Assembly (NCBI GenBank): GCA_964016885.1
Contig: OZ024743.1
Span: forward strand, 200,322,001-200,386,000
From: Eledone cirrhosa
Taxonomy: Eukaryota
DNA length: 64,000 nt
Direction: 5' to 3'
The translations under genes were made by a program, and so were the position numbers. The notes below the pieces were generated by a model that did not search any database, was not told the origin of the DNA, and saw only the letters and a list, made by a program, of their open reading frames with translations. Within the stretch, counting starts at the first letter, position 1. Each line of letters opens with the position of its first letter. Of this stretch, positions 58,164 to 64,000 are shown piece by piece.

Positions 58164-60034
58164 ATCACCATCAACAACTACGATTATGCTTTTTTGCACG
58201 TAACATGGTCACTATACATTTTAAAAGAAGGGTAAAAATGCCCTCAGTACTTCACTGGGATTATAAAACCTAGGAGCGAATCTTTAGATGAATTGTGAAA
58301 CATTACAGTCAAATTTCTGTATCGACTTGTGTGTAACAGCATTCAACTTTCCGTCAAATTACGCTATATCATTTTATGAAAAGGAAACGATATTTTGGAT
58401 CATGTAGTCGTAGATATACTTAGTCTGAAACTAGATGATCATTGATTGATTCCATTTGATCATAAAGCTATTTGATCGTTACTGACCCGAATAAAAAGTA
58501 ATGCTTCTTTCATTTATCCCAGGATGGCATTTTGTTTGTGGCTGTTCTGCTTTTTCTTATATTCCAGGTCTTAAATGATTCATTTCACACGTGGTAATAG
58601 CGATGCCATACAATCCTACAATGATACCACATATCAATAACAGTTGTTTAATAATGCTCTCATATGATTGAATTGTTAAGCCATACGACTTTCTGGCGAT
58701 CTCAAATATCCATTCTATAAGAACCATTTGAGTTGTAGCTCAAAGCACTACAAATCAATGTGCTGCCTCTTAAGTCGCACATAGAAATGGTGGTAGTGGA
58801 GGCAGGGTGTTATTCTTTGCAGGGTGTTATGGCGATGCTCTGTATATGAGTTTAAGATGGAAGCACATAAGTCGAAATATATAGCTTGATATCTGAGACC
58901 GGATCCAGTGGCAAAATAGACCAAGGCGATTGGTTGAAATCTAGTCTGAATCTCACTACTGAAGAAGGGTCTTCTTCATTCACTAAAGTGGGGATGCACT
59001 TAATACTGCAATCTAACAAATGATTATTATTGCAAAAAATGATCATTTGTTCCTCCTCTTTATAGTATGATAGATTGGGATATTTGGAGAGTTATGTGTC
59101 ATATATGAACTTGAATAAAACGCTTTGTTGCAAACAGGCTGTCCCCATTATCACATTCATTAGGACTTCCATGCTTTCTAGTTCACTTTTATAATTTTCA
59201 TGCCAATAGATTTTCATTTGAAATATGAACCAAAAGCTGAGTTTTATATAGTTACCGATCAACTGGCTATCTTTTCAAATCGCACCATTAAGTCTTAGAA
59301 CGCAAAGAATGAGAGAGAATATGGTACAATGATTTCTAATTTAGGTACAAACCTACTTTGCGGGGTGCAGAAAGTTGATCATATTAACCCCAATACTTCA
59401 CTGGTACTTTATTTTATCATCCCGGAAGGATGAAAAGCAAAGTTGATCCCAGCAGGATTTAAATTTGGAATGTAATGAGTCTGAACAAATACTGTAAATA
59501 CATTTTATCTGAGACTATACCAATTCTGACAATCCACATCCATCAATGTTATAATGTGTTCAAACATTCACTAGGTTTGAATAAAAGGTGGGATAGTCAA
59601 GGCTGAAACGCCTTTGAAAGTAGGTCTCTACTCAATCAGCGCTTCTCGTCATAAAAGCAGAGAACATCAACAATAAAAGAATTGCGTATGAAAAGTGAGT
59701 GCAAAGTAGTACCGTCTACAATGTCATCTGGATTATCGTCTGCATTAAACAAATGTATATAATTTTGTTGACGCTATTTACGCAAATGGTTTTTTTTATA
59801 AAACAGTTCATTCAACTCATACATCCTACTTCTACGTAATGTCAAATTTGTAGTACAGTTTTTGGACTTCAACGGGATATTCTGTTATCAGATTATGCAT
59901 CCTGTAGTTTATGGTTTCCAGTGTCATATCCGCAAACCATTTTCTCGGTTTCAAATTATATTTGTTTTTAGTGTGACGTTTATGTGTTCGTTGTATTGTG
60001 TTTCATAACCACGATGTACACACACAGACACACA

Positions 60035-60078
<44 letters not shown>

Positions 60079-60168
60079 TTCATCGTGGTTTGAAACACAA
60101 TACAACGAACACATAAACGTCACACTAAAAACAAATATAATATATATATACATATGTGTGTGTGTGGT

Positions 60169-60279
<111 letters not shown>

Positions 60280-60872
60280 CTGTGTGTGTGTATAAAGAAA
60301 GTGAGAGAAATTTATCTGAAAAACGTAAAAACAAAAATAGCATCAGAGAACACAATATTAATACATGGTATATTTTGATATATTAGTATAATGTTTACAA
60401 GAAGTTTGATAAAGGTCTTGAGGTTTCGCACACTAGACCATCGTTAGAAGGTAGGTATAGAGAGAGAGAGAGAAGAAAGGATGTTTTGGAGAGAGAGAAG
60501 CAAAATTGCGCCGAGAAAAAAAGAAAACGGAGAAAAAAAATGGAGACAGGAAAAAATATGGTTGCTTATTTACCGGTCAAGCTAGGAAAGGAAATGCAAA
60601 GACGTTTGAGGAAAAGGACTGGCGCTTTGAAGGTGGGATACGTGATACGAAAATAGTGAATATGAAACTAAGTATATGTGTGTATGTGCGCATGTGTGCG
60701 TGTGTATGTGCGCATCTGTGCGTGTGTATGTGCGCATGTGTACGTGTGTGTGTGCGTATGTGCATGTGTTTTCGTTTGTGGCTTGTGGTCAATGGGTGAA
60801 TAGACTGGTTGGAGCAATAACGGTTTTGTTTACGTAAATACTATCTCTCCCCACCCTCACTCTCTCTCTCTA

Positions 60873-61023
<151 letters not shown>

Positions 61024-61073
61024 TCCTTGGTACAGTTAGGTAAAAAAAGGAAAAGAATTACTTCATTTTTTTT

Positions 61074-61139
<66 letters not shown>

Positions 61140-61905
61140 CATACAACTATATTTAAAGGAAAGCGCAAGTCTTTAAAAATATGACATTTAAAAAAAATTA
61201 TTCTACACGCGTTTCAATAATGAGAAGCAATACATTATTGTTTATACTGTAACTCTAATTTACCATATCAGGGGCGGCTGTCAAACATTTCAGGAGACAA
61301 TGCTGATTGGGTATGATTTTATAATATGAGACCAAGGGCGACTAAATAATTATTTCTATAGAATTGGCACAGGTTCAGCAGTTTCAGGGAAAGAGAACAT
61401 TAATTATATCGACTTCAGCATTTAAATGGTACTTTATTTTATAGACCCGGAAGGACGAAACGCCAATCTGACCTCGGTGGGATTAGAACTCAGAACGTAG
61501 AAAGTCGTAACTAAATACTGCAAAGCATTTTCTCCGAAGCCCTACCAATACAGCCTACTGCAATTGAAGAAACCACTTTTTTTTCCATGTTCATGTTCAT
61601 GTTATTTATTATAAGGCTGGTATTTGAAACACAGATGTAACTCATTTATCCCAGATGGGGTGGACTAGAATGGCGTGAAATAAAGTTAGTTAATCAAGGA
61701 CACAACACACCACCCGAATAGAATTCTTGATTTAACGATCGTGAGTCGAACACCATAACCACCCAGCAGCGCGCCTTCGTTCACTGTTACACAAAGACAA
61801 CCTGATGACTTTTTTCGCGTTTGTAAATGTATTAAATTCATCAAATATAAATACACACACACACACAGACACACACAACAGACGCGCGCACACACACACA
61901 CACAC

Positions 61906-62030
<125 letters not shown>

Positions 62031-62047
62031 AGAGGGAGAGAGAGAGA

Positions 62048-62127
<80 letters not shown>

Positions 62128-62439
62128 TAGAGGTTTTCTTCGATAAATTGATGGATATATTTAAGTGATTGTATTACTACGAATGTGATCAGATTTGAAA
62201 GCCAAAACAATGCAGTTTTAATAAAATGGGGGTATTATAATAATTATTTTCATTATATATTATTTTAATATTCGATCTCAAAGAATCGATTTAGTTCAAA
62301 TTTATAGATGCAATGTATAGGAATAACTTCAAAGATTAGTATGGTAAAAGCCAGTAAAAGAAATAAAAAATGCAAATCTCTCTCTCTCTCTCTCTCTCTC
62401 TCACACGCAACCACACACACACACGCACACACACACACA

Positions 62440-62501
<62 letters not shown>

Positions 62502-62661
62502 GTATTTATCTATCTATCTATTTGTTTATCTATCTAACTATTAATAATTCCTTCTCGCTATCTATTTGTAAATTTTTCTTTCTATCATTTATCTAGCTAT
62601 CTGTATGTAGATCTCTCTTTCTTTCTATCTATCTGTCATCTATCTATCTATCTTTCTATGT

Positions 62662-62917
<256 letters not shown>

Positions 62918-63035
62918 CAGTATGGCCTCAGCCGGATCGGTGGAACAGGTAAAAGAGTAGAGTAAAAGAGTAATATATATATATATATATATGATAAAGA
63001 ACACAAGAGCGTCTACAACATCAAAAGCTTTTTAT

Positions 63036-63084
63036 TGGCTTACAATGTTTCTTCCTTACGTAACCGTAGGATTCGTCAGAGCTA
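63036..63084 (-). ncRNA. Putative type I hammerhead in a PLE-like 3' region
   Basis: Minus strand TAGCT-CTGACGA-A-TCCT.ACG(GTTA)CGT.AAGGA-A-GAAA-CATTG-TA-AGCCA. A PLE-like C-terminus (WTMPRGLNLQVN*) lies upstream at about 63868-63910 (minus). Confidence 0.6.
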
Positions 63085-63943
63085 TAAAAGGGGTTTGATT
63101 GGTGTTATGGACTCCACCAACCAAACATTCAAGAACAAAGAGTAAAGAGAGTAAAGAGCAAAGCAGGGGACGATAAGTCTAATTTTGGTGCGGGGAGGGT
63201 GGGGTGTGGGTCCTTGTTTACTAGCTGTGGTCATATTCATTCCCGGGAGTCGAGTGGTTAGTTGAGCTATAGATGGGGTGGCGTCGATAGTAGGGTGCAG
63301 AGGGTGTGCAGAGGCTACACACACACAAAGGGCATACAATATATATATAACGGAGGAGAAAGTACATGAGGTAATTAGAAATGGAAAAAGAGTAATAATA
63401 ATAATCTATAATTAATAATGTATAATAAGGCATGGGGAAGATTACACTATAATAAGGTATAAAAGTAAGAATAAGGTAAAATATAAAGGAGGATAAAAGT
63501 GAATAAAGAATAAAGATAAAAGTGAATAAAGAATAAAGAATAAAGAATAAAGAATAAAGATAAAGATAAAAGTGAATAAAGAATAAAGAATAAAGATAAA
63601 ATAATAAAGATAAATATATATATATATATAAATTAAAAAAATATATAGAGAATATATAAAGAAATATAAGCAAGTATTAGAAAGGGAAAAACACAATGTA
63701 AAAAAACCGATTTTTTCAAATAAAACAATTATAAATATGGGGGGAGAAAACGGGATAGAGAAATATAATCAAATGTGATTAGTTGAGAGAATATAAGATG
63801 ATAATAGTTATGTCAAGTTTATACATCTTAATAATAAATAATCTGTATATCAGAGTTACACATCCTTCAATTCACTTGCAGGTTCAACCCACGTGGCATA
63901 GTCCATTGTTCATCTGTGCGGTCATGTGCGTTTGTTTTTGACA

Positions 63944-64000
<57 letters not shown>

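Noticed and set aside
58557-59046. Short non-repetitive minus-strand ORFs
   Set aside because: Under 70 aa with no recognizable motif; cannot be supported without a homology search.

Overview
AT-rich, extremely microsatellite-dense eukaryotic DNA with no host exon I can support. The repeat landscape suggests an animal intergenic or intronic region, possibly a cephalopod such as Octopus (inference only). Nearly all long ORFs in the track are translations of (TA)n, (CA)n, (GA)n or (TAG)n runs. Real coding remnants: a decayed restriction-like-endonuclease (R4/Dong-type) LINE in (TACA)n repeats (20977-23284, minus), a second RLE-LINE 3' end (50605-50988), and GIY-YIG Penelope-like element (PLE) fragments (32258-33034 plus; 55647-56070 minus). 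There are also many tRNA-derived SINEs, two Tc1/mariner-type MITEs and Helitron-like elements. The main signal is a recurring architecture across about ten insertions with unrelated sequences. Most sit in (TA)n as fold-back inverted repeats with a short unpaired tail on one side, and several carry type I hammerhead ribozymes (HHR) pointing outwards. The largest is a 3.8-kb palindromic array of about 12 copies of a 312-bp HHR-containing, retrozyme-like monomer (36865-40640). A GIY-YIG PLE with the same geometry (31857-33505) is the candidate type of mobilizer.
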